Below, in pieces: positions 1 through 9,623 of a stretch of 64,000 nt of DNA (position 1 is the stretch's first letter; every line of letters starts with the position of its first letter). The stretch comes from an uncultured delta proteobacterium (GTDB lineage Bacteria; Myxococcota_A; Polyangia; Polyangiales; Polyangiaceae). The translations under genes and the position numbers were made by a program. The stretch spans positions 4,512,001 to 4,576,000 of the forward strand of contig CAWAIF010000003.1 in NCBI GenBank assembly GCA_963782055.1, written 5' to 3'. The notes under the pieces are model-generated. The model was not told where the DNA came from. It ran no database searches and saw only the letters and a program-made list of their open reading frames with translations.

Positions 1-1759
1 GTCCCTGCACCCAGCCCACGTAACGGTCGGGCTCGAGCTGGGTGACCGGCTCGATCGGGATGGGCAGGTCGAGGACGAGCTCGTTTCCAGCGTTCTTCTT
101 CTTCCACTGCGGCTCGCGGAGGGCGGCGGGCACGTCGGCGGCGGACGCGGTCGCCACCGCCGCAGCCACAGAGCGAGCCCCGGCCGGCGCGTGGCGGCGC
201 ACGGCCTCGAGGATGGTCGTCGCGGCCGCGCCCGCCTTGCCCCTCTGCTTCGAAGCGGCGTCGAGCGCGCCGACGTGATGGGGGTGGAGCGTGAAGTACT
301 CGAGCGCGACGGGTTGCACCGGCTTCGCGTGCGCGTGGCACGCGAGATAGTCGGCAACGTCGGCGTCGTCGATGCATGCGAGCACTTGGGCGTACGCCTT
401 GTAGTCGCCGGGCGTCGACGACTTCTCCGTCTTCGGCAAGAGGGCGAGCATCGCGCGCTTCATCATCGTGGTCGGTAGGTGCTCGAGGGCGTGCGCCAGG
501 CTCGATGCGGTGCTGAAGTGCACGTACTTGAAGGTCTGGAGGATCTTCTCGACCGCGTCGGCGTCGTGCGACTCGGCGATGAGCGCGCGCACGGCATCGG
601 AGTCACGATCGAACTTCTCGAGGTACGCCGCGTCCGCGGCCGCGCGGCGCGCAATCTCGTCGATGGTCTCCTGGTCGCGCACGAGGCGCGCGAGCGCGAC
701 GTGCGCCACCGGGGGAAGCGCTACGACGAGCGGCTCGAGCTCGCGTTTCAGGCGGGCGAGCTCCTCCGGAGCGCCATCGCGCGCGTACGGGATGAGCGTG
801 GTGAGCGCGGACTGCACTCGGTAGGCGCGGCCGCCGTCGTCCGTGGCGCGCACGAGCCGCTCGTCGGCCATCGCCCGCGTGGAGGCGAGATCGACGAGCG
901 GGTCGTGGAGCAGGAGGCGCGCGGCGTGCTCGACGCCGAGCGCGCGGGCCCAGTTCCCGGCGAGGTCCGGCGTGTAGAAGCCCAGGCCGTGGACGAAGTG
1001 ACGGAGCAAGTTGGAGGCGGCGACCTGCGTCTCGTCGTCATGGGCGGCGGTGAAGCGCCCGTCGTCGTCGGCGAGCCAGGCGCGGATCTTCGCGGCGAGG
1101 GGCGCGAGCTCACTGTCCGCCCGCGCGAGCGCATCGTCGATCCGCTTCAGGACGTGCTTCGGCCGATTCGCGCGGACGAGGCGCCCGGGACGCTTGAGCT
1201 TGGCGGGCGCGAGCCACTTGCGGACCGTCTCGGTGATCGCCAGGCGTGGCTCGCCTGGCGGCGCGGGAGTGGACGCGGGCGTGGACGCACGCGCACGCCG
1301 CGCCGAGCCGGGGGTCGTGGCCGCGGCCGAGGCCATACCCGTGGGCCGAGCAGTGCGAGGGGGCGCTCGGGGCGTGCCGCCGAGGAGCTTCTCGTCGCCG
1401 TCGGTGAGCTGGCGGGGCGTCTGCAGCGACATGCCGAGCTTGCCCTTGTCGGCCTTCACGCCCTTTCCGGTCGAGAACCTGAACCTCGGCAGGAGCTTCG
1501 TGATGTCGGCGATGGGCGTCGTGTTCGGGTCGCTCTTCCAGCCGTCGGCGTCCGCTTTCGGGTCGCGCAAGATCGCGACGAGCCAGAGCACGTCGCCCGG
1601 GCGAACGGTCACCAGGTAGAGATCACCCCCGCTCGCGAGCGGCTCGAGGTTCGGGTTGCGGCTCGCGTAGCGATCCGTGCGCCACACGCTGCCCGGCGCG
1701 AGACCCTTCGCCTGTTTCTCGAACACGGCCTTGGAGACGACGGCGAGGACACTCGACAT
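1..1759 (-). CDS. Large hypothetical protein, probably DUF4132-type, with a distinct ~125-aa N-terminal domain (3' end runs off the window)
   Basis: Not in the ORF track because it has no stop inside the window. Manual translation from ATG 1759 gives MSSVLAVVSKAVFEKQ...GMSLQTPRQLT, an Ala/Pro linker and a helical region ending ...VPAALREPQW..., which resembles the motif preceding DUF4132 cores; high GC3. Confidence 0.65.
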   Translation of the reverse strand, partial: MSSVLAVVSKAVFEKQAKGLAPGSVWRTDRYASRNPNLEPLASGGDLYLVTVRPGDVLWLVAILRDPKADADGWKSDPNTTPIADITKLLPRFRFSTGKGVKADKGKLGMSLQTPRQLTDGDEKLLGGTPRAPPRTARPTGMASAAATTPGSARRARASTPASTPAPPGEPRLAITETVRKWLAPAKLKRPGRLVRANRPKHVLKRIDDALARADSELAPLAAKIRAWLADDDGRFTAAHDDETQVAASNLLRHFVHGLGFYTPDLAGNWARALGVEHAARLLLHDPLVDLASTRAMADERLVRATDDGGRAYRVQSALTTLIPYARDGAPEELARLKRELEPLVVALPPVAHVALARLVRDQETIDEIARRAAADAAYLEKFDRDSDAVRALIAESHDADAVEKILQTFKYVHFSTASSLAHALEHLPTTMMKRAMLALLPKTEKSSTPGDYKAYAQVLACIDDADVADYLACHAHAKPVQPVALEYFTLHPHHVGALDAASKQRGKAGAAATTILEAVRRHAPAGARSVAAAVATASAADVPAALREPQWKKKNAGNELVLDLPIPIEPVTQLEPDRYVGWVQG

Positions 1760-2002
1760 GACCGTGAAACTCACCAGACAATCGCCGCACGAACAAGGCC
1801 GAACTTCGCGCCGCGCTCCCGCTCGTCTCGAGCAGGAGCTGCCTCGCGCGCGCGGGCAGGCGCGGCGCGTCGACGAGCTCAGGACGGTCACCCGAGACCA
1901 GGGTCACACGCCGCTGGCGGTGGCCCCGGTGGCCGTCGGGGACGCTTCGACGTAGCCTCCCGGAGCACGCGGTCGACACGCCACTCACGGGGACGGTGAA
2001 CC

Positions 2003-4042
2003 ATGGACAACACGCAGCTGAGCGCGCGCGACGGCAGTTGGTTTCTCTTCGGCGACTGGCAGGGCGTCACCCGCCTCGCGCTGCCCGGCGACAAGGTGAA
2101 GACCAACTGCGATCTCGATCGTCCGAACGAGACGAAGCCGCTCGTCCTCCGCCAGAACGGCATGGTCTGGCTCAGGTACGGCGACGACGTGGACCCGGTG
2201 ACCCTGAAGAAGGTCAGCCCCACCGAGCGGGGGCACGACAGCCCCGATCCCCTCGGTGGGCCCGAGCTGGCCGTTGACCACGCGGGGGCCAAGATCACGG
2301 TGCGCGGTGTGGAGCTCGCCTTCGAGCCGAGCGGCGACGAGCTGCCCCTCGGTGGCGCCGTGGGCCGCCGGCTCGCGTACGCTTCCGCGGCCTACCAGGT
2401 GTTCGACGACGGCTCGCTCGTCATCTTCGGGACCGTCGACAAGACCGTGGTGGTCACTCACGTCGTGCGCGAGCCCGACGGCGCCGCGCGCGTGGCGTTC
2501 TGTCGATCGGTGGCCCGATTGCCCCACGGCGATCCGGACGCGTTCGTGCGCGACGGGACCGTGCTGCTCGCGGACCGGGACCTCGAGCGCGACGTCGGCT
2601 GGCTCGTCACGATCGATCCGACCGGCCAGAGCACCGTGGCGAAGACCGCGGCCGTCGCTGGACCGTGGGTCCACGACGGCAAGCTCTGGTGGCAGCCCGA
2701 CGGGGCCACACTGTGCGCGGGCGACACGCTCGGAGAGCCCACCGAGCAGTTCGATCTGCCCGAGGAGCACGCGGGCGCCGGGCGCCTCTTGCGCCTGCCC
2801 GGACGCAAGCTCCTGCTGCCATGGCACGGCGCCTGCGTCCTCGACCTCGCGCCCGCCAAGAAGAACAAGACCGAGCTGTCACGCAAGCACAAGGCGGCGG
2901 ACGAGCCGATGTATCGCAAGGCGGCCGACCTGCTACGGCCGATCGCCGACGGCATGGCCCGCCGAGGGGTGCGCGTCCGCTGGCTCGGGGTGGTGCGTCG
3001 CGGCAAGTACGTCGAGGCGCGCGTTGCGATCCATGGTCCGTGCGACGTCGTGACCTATGCCCTCGCTCGTGCGCTCCAGAATGGCTGCAGAGCGCTGCTC
3101 GAGCCCTCTGGGGTCCGCAGCGTGTCCGTCCTGGGCGGAACCTCCTTCGACGACATCCTCGATCCGGCGCACGCTGTCGGAGCCACCGACATCCGGGCAC
3201 TCGTGCGCCTGCTCGAGGCCGCCGGGATCAACCCGGCCTCCGGCCTCGGCGGGCTGCAATCCCTCGATCGCGTCGCCGCCGAGCGCAACAAGCCCATTCC
3301 CTGGACGCCCGAGGCCATGGAGGTCGCCGTAGGCGCGGTCCTCGCCGGCCTGCGTTCCGAGCCGGGCCCGTCGGTCGTGCCGGTCAGGGCCGAAGCCTAC
3401 GCCGAGGCGCCAGCGCGGCTCTCCGACTACGAGGGCATGCGCAAGCATGGCGTCGACGCCTCCTCCACGGGCATGTTCCTGGCCGTGGACGCCCATCGCC
3501 GCTTCGGCGCGGACACTGCGGCGCCGCTGGCGACCATGCTCGAGAAGCTGAACCCGACCTACCGCAACGACTACGAGGGGGCGGTCGGCCTGCCAATCAC
3601 CCCCTACGTGCCGCCGGTCGTCGAGGAAGAGCCTCTGAGCGACCAAGAGAGCCGCGTCGTCGGGGAGCTGGAGACGGTGCTCGGCCGCGATCTCGGGCTC
3701 GACGCACCGGCCTGCCGCGAAGGCCGCGCCTGGTATCGTTTTGCCGCCGGGGGCCACCCGCTCCAGGCCGGCATCATCGACGATCTGCGCGTCACCGGCA
3801 CGCTGTGCAAGGTGAGCATCAACGCCAACCTCGGCAAGCTCATCGCTGCCCTCAAGCGTGCCAACCCGAAAGGCGCGCGCGCGCGGTTCTTCGAATCCGA
3901 CGGCTACATCCACGTGAAGGCCGGTTGCCCCGTGGCCGAGGCCGACGCCGCCAGCATCAAGTCGCTCCTCGACGCGTGCATCGAGCGGCTCGACTCGGCC
4001 GAGGCCGGCTCCTTGAAGGCGACCTACAAGAGCGAGTGGTGA
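2003..4042 (+). CDS. Hypothetical 679-aa protein; C-terminal YbjN/CesT chaperone-like domain
   Basis: High-GC3 ORF; the last ~130 aa (WYRFAAG...LIAALKRAN...ARFFESDGYIHV...IKSLLDACIE) fit a YbjN-like pattern. Confidence 0.7.
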   Translation: MDNTQLSARDGSWFLFGDWQGVTRLALPGDKVKTNCDLDRPNETKPLVLRQNGMVWLRYGDDVDPVTLKKVSPTERGHDSPDPLGGPELAVDHAGAKITVRGVELAFEPSGDELPLGGAVGRRLAYASAAYQVFDDGSLVIFGTVDKTVVVTHVVREPDGAARVAFCRSVARLPHGDPDAFVRDGTVLLADRDLERDVGWLVTIDPTGQSTVAKTAAVAGPWVHDGKLWWQPDGATLCAGDTLGEPTEQFDLPEEHAGAGRLLRLPGRKLLLPWHGACVLDLAPAKKNKTELSRKHKAADEPMYRKAADLLRPIADGMARRGVRVRWLGVVRRGKYVEARVAIHGPCDVVTYALARALQNGCRALLEPSGVRSVSVLGGTSFDDILDPAHAVGATDIRALVRLLEAAGINPASGLGGLQSLDRVAAERNKPIPWTPEAMEVAVGAVLAGLRSEPGPSVVPVRAEAYAEAPARLSDYEGMRKHGVDASSTGMFLAVDAHRRFGADTAAPLATMLEKLNPTYRNDYEGAVGLPITPYVPPVVEEEPLSDQESRVVGELETVLGRDLGLDAPACREGRAWYRFAAGGHPLQAGIIDDLRVTGTLCKVSINANLGKLIAALKRANPKGARARFFESDGYIHVKAGCPVAEADAASIKSLLDACIERLDSAEAGSLKATYKSEW

Positions 4043-4481
4043 CCCTCGAGCCCAGGTGAGGAACAACTCAACAACTCGACCCACCATCAGGACGACCCAC
4101 CCCCAGACATTCGCCGGATACTGGTCGTGTACCGTTCCGCCACGGCACGATTGACGGCTACTCGATCTTCGTTCCACGACTTCATCACGCGCTCGCGCTG
4201 GAGGGACTGGCGAGGCTGGCTCAGGCGGGCCTCCTTCCCCGCAGAACGCACGATTCGCACCGTGGCGACCGCGTGCGCACATCGAGCGCGAGATCGCTGG
4301 CCCCACGGGCGAAACGCTGGTCACGTCGGCCAGACGATGAGCACTCGCGGCGCGGCCGCGCCGTGGATCGCCGGAGCAAGGGAGCGTTCGACGTGGCCCA
4401 AAACTTGAATCAAATGCCGGCGCCGAGGGCAACCGTCTGAACGGGACAATCCCTCGCACTAGACGACAGGAGGAAGTTGTC

Positions 4482-5228
4482 ATGGCAAAGGTACTTTTCA
4501 TCGTCAGCGGTGCCACCTACTGGGTCCTGAAGGACGGCACCAGGTACGCAACCGGTTACTGGGCCGAGGAGTTCGCGAGGCCGTACAAGATCATCACCGA
4601 CGCCGGACACGAGGTCGTGGTCGCGGCGCCCAACGGCGTGACGCCGACCGTCGACATGATGAGCCTGCGTCCCGAGATGGCGGGCGGCGTGGAGGGCGCC
4701 CTCGAGCTGGAGGCCATCATCCGGTCCGCGGAGGCGATGCGGCGGCCGCTCAAGTTGTCGGACGTCCGCCTGGAGGACTACAACGCGGTCTACCTGCCGG
4801 GCGGTCACGGCCCGATGGCTGACCTCGCGTTCGACGCCGACGTGGGACGGCTCCTGACCGCGCAGCTCGCCTCGGGCAACCCCCTGTTCATCGTGTGCCA
4901 CGGTCCCGCCTCGATGCTGTCCACCAGGATCCACGGCGTGTCGCCCTTCAAGGGCTACCGGGTCACGTGCTTCACCAACAAGGAGGAGGAGGCCGTCGGA
5001 CTGGCGTCCAGGGCGACGTGGTTGCTGGAGACCGACATCAAGGAGAAGGTCGGCGTCAACTTCAGCTCCGGGGAGATCTGGAAACCGTACATGGTCGAGG
5101 ACCGGAACCTGGTCACCGGGCAGAACCCCCAATCGGCCGCGGTTCTGGCGAAGCGGCTGCTGGAGGTCCTGGAAGGGCGAACCCCGCGTCGTCCGACCGC
5201 GCGCAGCGAGGTTCACGCGCAGCACTGA
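4482..5228 (+). CDS. DJ-1/PfpI (Hsp31-like) type 1 glutamine amidotransferase-domain protein
   Basis: TGYWAEE, LPGGHGPMADL, VCHGP and TGQNPQS motifs; AGGAGG RBS. Confidence 0.92.
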   Translation: MAKVLFIVSGATYWVLKDGTRYATGYWAEEFARPYKIITDAGHEVVVAAPNGVTPTVDMMSLRPEMAGGVEGALELEAIIRSAEAMRRPLKLSDVRLEDYNAVYLPGGHGPMADLAFDADVGRLLTAQLASGNPLFIVCHGPASMLSTRIHGVSPFKGYRVTCFTNKEEEAVGLASRATWLLETDIKEKVGVNFSSGEIWKPYMVEDRNLVTGQNPQSAAVLAKRLLEVLEGRTPRRPTARSEVHAQH

Positions 5229-5370
5229 TGAAGGCCCGAGCGCCGGCTCCCGTGCTTGCATGCGTTGCGAGCCGGAAGCCGGCGGGCGGTTCTCGCGGTG
5301 CTCGCCGGAGAGGCGGGCGACTCCGCGTGGCGGACCGATGGACGCGACACGGCAAGAATGGAGCGAAGGG

Positions 5371-5811
5371 ATGCACCAGACGGAGAGCCATCAGCCCGGT
5401 GAAGCTGAATTCAGGTGGACTCTGCCCGAATACGTTGATTGGAGGCCCTTCTCGGCTTTTCCTCCTTCCGTCCGCCTTGCGGTGGTGGTCGGGAACCCTG
5501 CCCAGGACGGCCCTTACGTGATCAGAGTCAAAGTGCCTGGCGGGGTCAAGCTGATGCCCCACAAGCACCCGGAGGACCGAGTCTATACTGTCATGACTGG
5601 CGTCTTCTACATCGGGCTGGGCGACACCTTCGACGGCGACAAGGTGCAGGCCTTTCCGCCCGGCAGTGTTGTCGTGCTCCCAGGCGGCACGTCCCATTTT
5701 CATTGGGCGAAGTCGGGCGAGTACGTGACGCAGGTGACGGCGATCGGCCCGCTCGGTCTCGAATACGTGGACCGGCACGACGACCCGCGCTTGCAACCTC
5801 GAGGCACGTGA
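5371..5811 (+). CDS. Cupin-domain protein
   Basis: GVKLMPHKHPEDRVYTV and LPGGTSHFHWA cupin motifs; start could be 5338. Confidence 0.85.
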   Translation: MHQTESHQPGEAEFRWTLPEYVDWRPFSAFPPSVRLAVVVGNPAQDGPYVIRVKVPGGVKLMPHKHPEDRVYTVMTGVFYIGLGDTFDGDKVQAFPPGSVVVLPGGTSHFHWAKSGEYVTQVTAIGPLGLEYVDRHDDPRLQPRGT

Positions 5812-5987
5812 TGGTCGTGCTCAGCCGGTCGACGGCCGCCGGTCGTCCACTCGGCGACGAAGCGCAGTTGACGCTGGATCGACGCGATCATCGGATCCGG
5901 GTCGGCTCGAGCGAGCTCGTCGATGTCGTGCATCGCGTCCTGCAGGCGTAACCAGAATGCGGCATACGACGTGATCGTGGAGGGAAT
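5812..5987 (-). pseudogene. Truncated Tsi6-like immunity protein remnant
   Basis: Frame reads (I)PSTITSYAAFWLRLQDAMHDIDELARADPDPMIASIQRQLRFVAEWTTGGRRP and then runs into the cupin gene; ATT stands where a start would be expected. Confidence 0.45.
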
Positions 5988-6037
5988 GGTCTCGCCAGCG
6001 CCAGGGTTGTGGGCCGAGCATCCCTTCGGGCGCGTCC

Positions 6038-7192
6038 TCAACCGTCGTCTGCGCCCGCTCTCTTCCCCTCCGCGCGGCGCTTGAGGTTGCGGAGTTGCGC
6101 GCTCTCCATGACCTCGTGCGCCAGAAGGAGCGCCGGCGTGGCGATCCGGTTGCGTGCCACCGGCTCGTATGCGCCGCGCACGCGGACGATCAAGCGGGTC
6201 GCCTCGTCGCCGATGGGCTCCAGCACGAAGGCCCACGTCATGGCGTACCGCGCGCCGAACATGCCCCACGATGGCGGCGTCTGGGGGCCGGCGGACGCGA
6301 GGCTGGGCGAGCCGAGCACGAGCAATCGCTCCGGCTCCACGCGCAGCACGGCGAAGCCTTCGTCACTCTCCGGCGTCGCCGGAAGCACGTCGCCCACCTC
6401 GAGCTGCTGCAGCTCCGGCACGATGTGGTCGGCGCTGGGCACACCGCCGTTGTCCAGCCGGTCGATGCTGTACCAGCCAGCGCGACGGCAGCCCATCTGG
6501 GCGAGCCACGGCCACACGCAATCCGGGCGCGCCTCGATCGTCACGGCATGCGTGCGTGAAGCCTGCGCGCGAGGGAGGATGTCGTCGCCGGGCAGGGTGC
6601 GCTCCGCGTCGGCCGTCACGTGGCCGAGCTCGCCGGCGATCTCGTGGAGGAGCCGGCGGCGGATGGTGCGCGAGAAGCGCCCGATGAGCCTCCAGTAGGG
6701 AGTGAAGGCGCGCCACGCGTCGTCGTCGGTGGCGTCGACGCGCAGGTCCACCTCCACCCACGCGCCGCCGCCGGTGCGCGGCTTGACCTGCAGGCTCCAC
6801 GCGACCTTGCCGTAGCCCGGCTCGTCGAACGCGGCGAATGTCTCCGCCGAGGTGTCGACGAAGGGAATCGCCGGCTTCCAGAACTTGCCGATGGCGCCGG
6901 CGACGAACTCCTCGCCCGGCACCTCGGCGAGACGGCGGAACGCCGAGCCGGGGCCGACAATCTCGTCCAGACGCGCGGAGCGCGGCGCGGGCTGCACGGG
7001 CTTGCCGCGCAGTCGCGCGCCGACGCGCTCCGGCAGGGTGCGCAGCGTGAAGAGCAGGCGCACGAAGCCGAGCTGGTAGAGATCGGTGGCGCGCACGACC
7101 TTCCAGGCTTCGGTCGGATCGGCGGCGACCGCGATGCGGTCGACCTCCCGAAGGCGAGGGGCAGGGACCAATTCGGCGATGGCGGTGGGCAT
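6038..7192 (-). CDS. Two-domain protein: DUF2867-like plus SRPBCC/START-like
   Basis: GAIGKFWK...FAAFDEPGYGKVAW and HAVTIEARPDCVWPWLAQMG..RAGWYS motifs; ATG 7192 chosen over the track start 7300. Confidence 0.8.
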   Translation of the reverse strand: MPTAIAELVPAPRLREVDRIAVAADPTEAWKVVRATDLYQLGFVRLLFTLRTLPERVGARLRGKPVQPAPRSARLDEIVGPGSAFRRLAEVPGEEFVAGAIGKFWKPAIPFVDTSAETFAAFDEPGYGKVAWSLQVKPRTGGGAWVEVDLRVDATDDDAWRAFTPYWRLIGRFSRTIRRRLLHEIAGELGHVTADAERTLPGDDILPRAQASRTHAVTIEARPDCVWPWLAQMGCRRAGWYSIDRLDNGGVPSADHIVPELQQLEVGDVLPATPESDEGFAVLRVEPERLLVLGSPSLASAGPQTPPSWGMFGARYAMTWAFVLEPIGDEATRLIVRVRGAYEPVARNRIATPALLLAHEVMESAQLRNLKRRAEGKRAGADDG

Positions 7193-7206
7193 GGGCGGCG
7201 CAGCAT

Positions 7207-7221
7207 CCAACGTGCGTGCCA
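7207..7221 (-). promoter_or_regulatory. Possible sigma54-like promoter (imperfect -12)
   Basis: Minus strand TGGCACG-CACG-TTGG just upstream of ATG 7192; -12 is GG, not GC. Confidence 0.3.
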
Positions 7222-7702
7222 GCGCCGAAGCCCCGTTCTGCGGGCATCCTCGCCGGGTGCCGCGTGCACGGACTTCGTGCGGCTGCGAATCCTGCGCCAC
7301 GGGGACAGACGACGAGGAGGCGCGAGGTGGTCGACTCCGCGGTCGTATCGATGCCGGCCCAGGTCTTGAGATGCACGTTCAACTACCGACTCGTCTTGTT
7401 TGCGTGTCTGCTGTTGGCTATCTCGTCAGTGGGTAGCGGCTCGTCGATGCCCGGATCGGCCAGCCTGCTCTGTCGTTCACTGGGCACTTGGGTGGGGGCG
7501 AGGCACGAGAGTCGCCGGCGCGGAGGAGGAGCCGTGAACGACGCGCGCCGGACCGCCGGCGGCGCGTTGGTCGAAACACGGGTGCGACCTGCGCATCGCC
7601 ACGCTGGGCGCAGCCGCGCGTGACCACGCTCCGGTCGCGCGAGGGCGAGGGTGTCCGGAGAGAGCAATCGCGCGGACGCGGCGCATGGCTACGTTGCCGT
7701 CC

Positions 7703-8485
7703 ATGACCCCCGTCCACCGCCTCGCCCGTGTCCTCGAGATCGCCGTCGTCGGCCTGCTCGTCCTCGCAGGAGTCGCCTTCCTCGTCGCCTCGCCCGCGCA
7801 TCGGCTGGGCCCCAGCATCGTCGTATGGTGCATGGCCGGCGTCGGGCTCGTGGCGTTCGAGCTGCGCTTCGCAGGCCACCGCCGCCGCGTCGCACGCGTG
7901 GGCGCCACGCTCCGCCAGATCGCGAGTCGCGTGCTCGAGTCGCCGGGTCCCATCCTCGACCGCAGCGGAGATCCGTTCGTCCGCGAGCTCGCCGCCAGCC
8001 CGCTGCTCGGGAGCGTGATGGCAGGGCGCACCTCCGCCCTGGGAGTCCAGGGCAAGGCGGGAGGGCACGACATGGAGATCGGTACGGCGATCATGGCCGC
8101 GCGCGACCTCGACATCACGATGTCCTACGTGCGACTGCCAGGCCTGCCGGCGAGCACCGCGCTGCGCGTCACCACGGCGGGGGCCCCGGGCGCCTTCGGG
8201 CGCACGGGCGCGCCCGGGCACCAGGTCGCCACCGGCGACGCGGCGTTCGACGCGAAGTGGGCGGTGGACGCCGACGAGTCCGTCGCGCGCTCACTGCTCG
8301 ACACCGACACGCGCCGTCACCTGCTCGACCTCGGCGCTCGCCTTCCGCGGCACGGCCACGCGAGCATCGAGACGACCCGCTTCGGGCTGCTCGTGCGCTG
8401 GCCGGGGGAGCTGTCGGAGCCGCTCGCCGGCGAGCTGCGAGACGTGGCGCTCGCCATGCAGCAGCGGCTCGCAGCGACGGCGTGA
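7703..8485 (+). CDS. Hypothetical membrane protein (2 N-terminal TM helices)
   Basis: Two hydrophobic segments, then a soluble domain with TGDAAFDAKW; start 7685 or 7703. Confidence 0.7.
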   Translation: MTPVHRLARVLEIAVVGLLVLAGVAFLVASPAHRLGPSIVVWCMAGVGLVAFELRFAGHRRRVARVGATLRQIASRVLESPGPILDRSGDPFVRELAASPLLGSVMAGRTSALGVQGKAGGHDMEIGTAIMAARDLDITMSYVRLPGLPASTALRVTTAGAPGAFGRTGAPGHQVATGDAAFDAKWAVDADESVARSLLDTDTRRHLLDLGARLPRHGHASIETTRFGLLVRWPGELSEPLAGELRDVALAMQQRLAATA

Positions 8486-8521
8486 GTGTCGTCGCGCCGT
8501 GACGTCGGATAGACTGCGGGG

Positions 8522-9499
8522 GTGCTGCGCGACGTCAGGCGCCTGAGGGTCCCCGAGCTCGGCGCCTTTCACGAGAAGGTGGAGGTGCGGATGCCCAGCC
8601 TGCGCGTGAGCACGCAGCGCGGCCGCAACGTCGCCTCCGACTACGCGCTCGTGCAGCGGGCGGCGCCCTTCGTGCACCACCTCCGTCGGCCCCAGCTCGT
8701 CATCCTGCTCGAGGGGCACGCGCGGTTCGACGAGGGCGGCAAGCGCGTGTGGTTCGAGGCGGGGACGGCGATGCTCAGCGACATGTCCCGCGGCGGCACC
8801 GACGCGTTCGGCGGTGGCCGCTGCCGCTGGCTCGTCCTCCACTGGGACCCCACGGTGTGGGGCGCCCCCTTCACGGCGCAGGCCCGCGTCGCTCCCGTCG
8901 ACCGGCGCCTCCTCGCGCAAATCGACGCCGCGGCACACCGCCTGGCCGGACCGCTGCCGGCGGCGGCAATCGTCAGCATCATGGAGATCCTGCGCGCCTG
9001 GGGGCTCGCCCTCGCCCCTGCCACGGCGCGGGACCTGGAAGGCGAGGCCGGCGGCGCGGAGGACGCAGACGTCCACGCGGCGGTCTCCGCGCAGCTCGGC
9101 ATGCTCGAGACCTTCCCCGCCATCTCGGACCTCACCGCCACGCTGGGGACCAACGAGCGGCGACTGCACCGGCGCATCACCGCGATGGCCCGGCGCTACC
9201 AGCTCCCGTGGGCCCACTGGCGCGCGGCGCTCCACCACGTGCGGATGCTCTCCGCAATCCGGCTGCTCGCCGCGCCCGGGGCGACGACGGAGAAGGTCGC
9301 CCGGCTGACGGGCTTCCGGGCGCCGCCCGCGCTTTGCCACGCCTTCGACAAGGCCGGCCTGCCGTCTCCCGGCGCCCTCGCCCGCGCGGTCCGCGGTCAC
9401 GCGCTGGAGTCCTGGGGCGACCTCGTCACGACGCGCGGCGAGGAGAACGCGCTCCAGCGAGCAAGAAGCAGCGCTGACGCCCCCGCGCCTCGTCGGTGA
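8522..9499 (+). CDS. AraC-family transcriptional regulator
   Basis: N-terminal cupin-like region; C-terminal HTH TTEKVARLTGF...ALCHAFDKAGLPSPG. Confidence 0.8.
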   Translation: MLRDVRRLRVPELGAFHEKVEVRMPSLRVSTQRGRNVASDYALVQRAAPFVHHLRRPQLVILLEGHARFDEGGKRVWFEAGTAMLSDMSRGGTDAFGGGRCRWLVLHWDPTVWGAPFTAQARVAPVDRRLLAQIDAAAHRLAGPLPAAAIVSIMEILRAWGLALAPATARDLEGEAGGAEDADVHAAVSAQLGMLETFPAISDLTATLGTNERRLHRRITAMARRYQLPWAHWRAALHHVRMLSAIRLLAAPGATTEKVARLTGFRAPPALCHAFDKAGLPSPGALARAVRGHALESWGDLVTTRGEENALQRARSSADAPAPRR

Positions 9500-9623
9500 C
9501 CGGCGGCTTCCGGTTCGTCGTGCCGAAGCCGTGGCGAGGCGTGCCGTCGCGGGCATGCGGAGATCACGACGAAGTCCGTCGTGAGCGAGCGCTTCCTTTG
9601 TCCGGCGCCTGCACCGCGCGCCC

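Noticed and set aside
479..1999. 506-aa plus-strand ORF
   Set aside because: Antisense shadow of the real minus-strand gene at 1-1759
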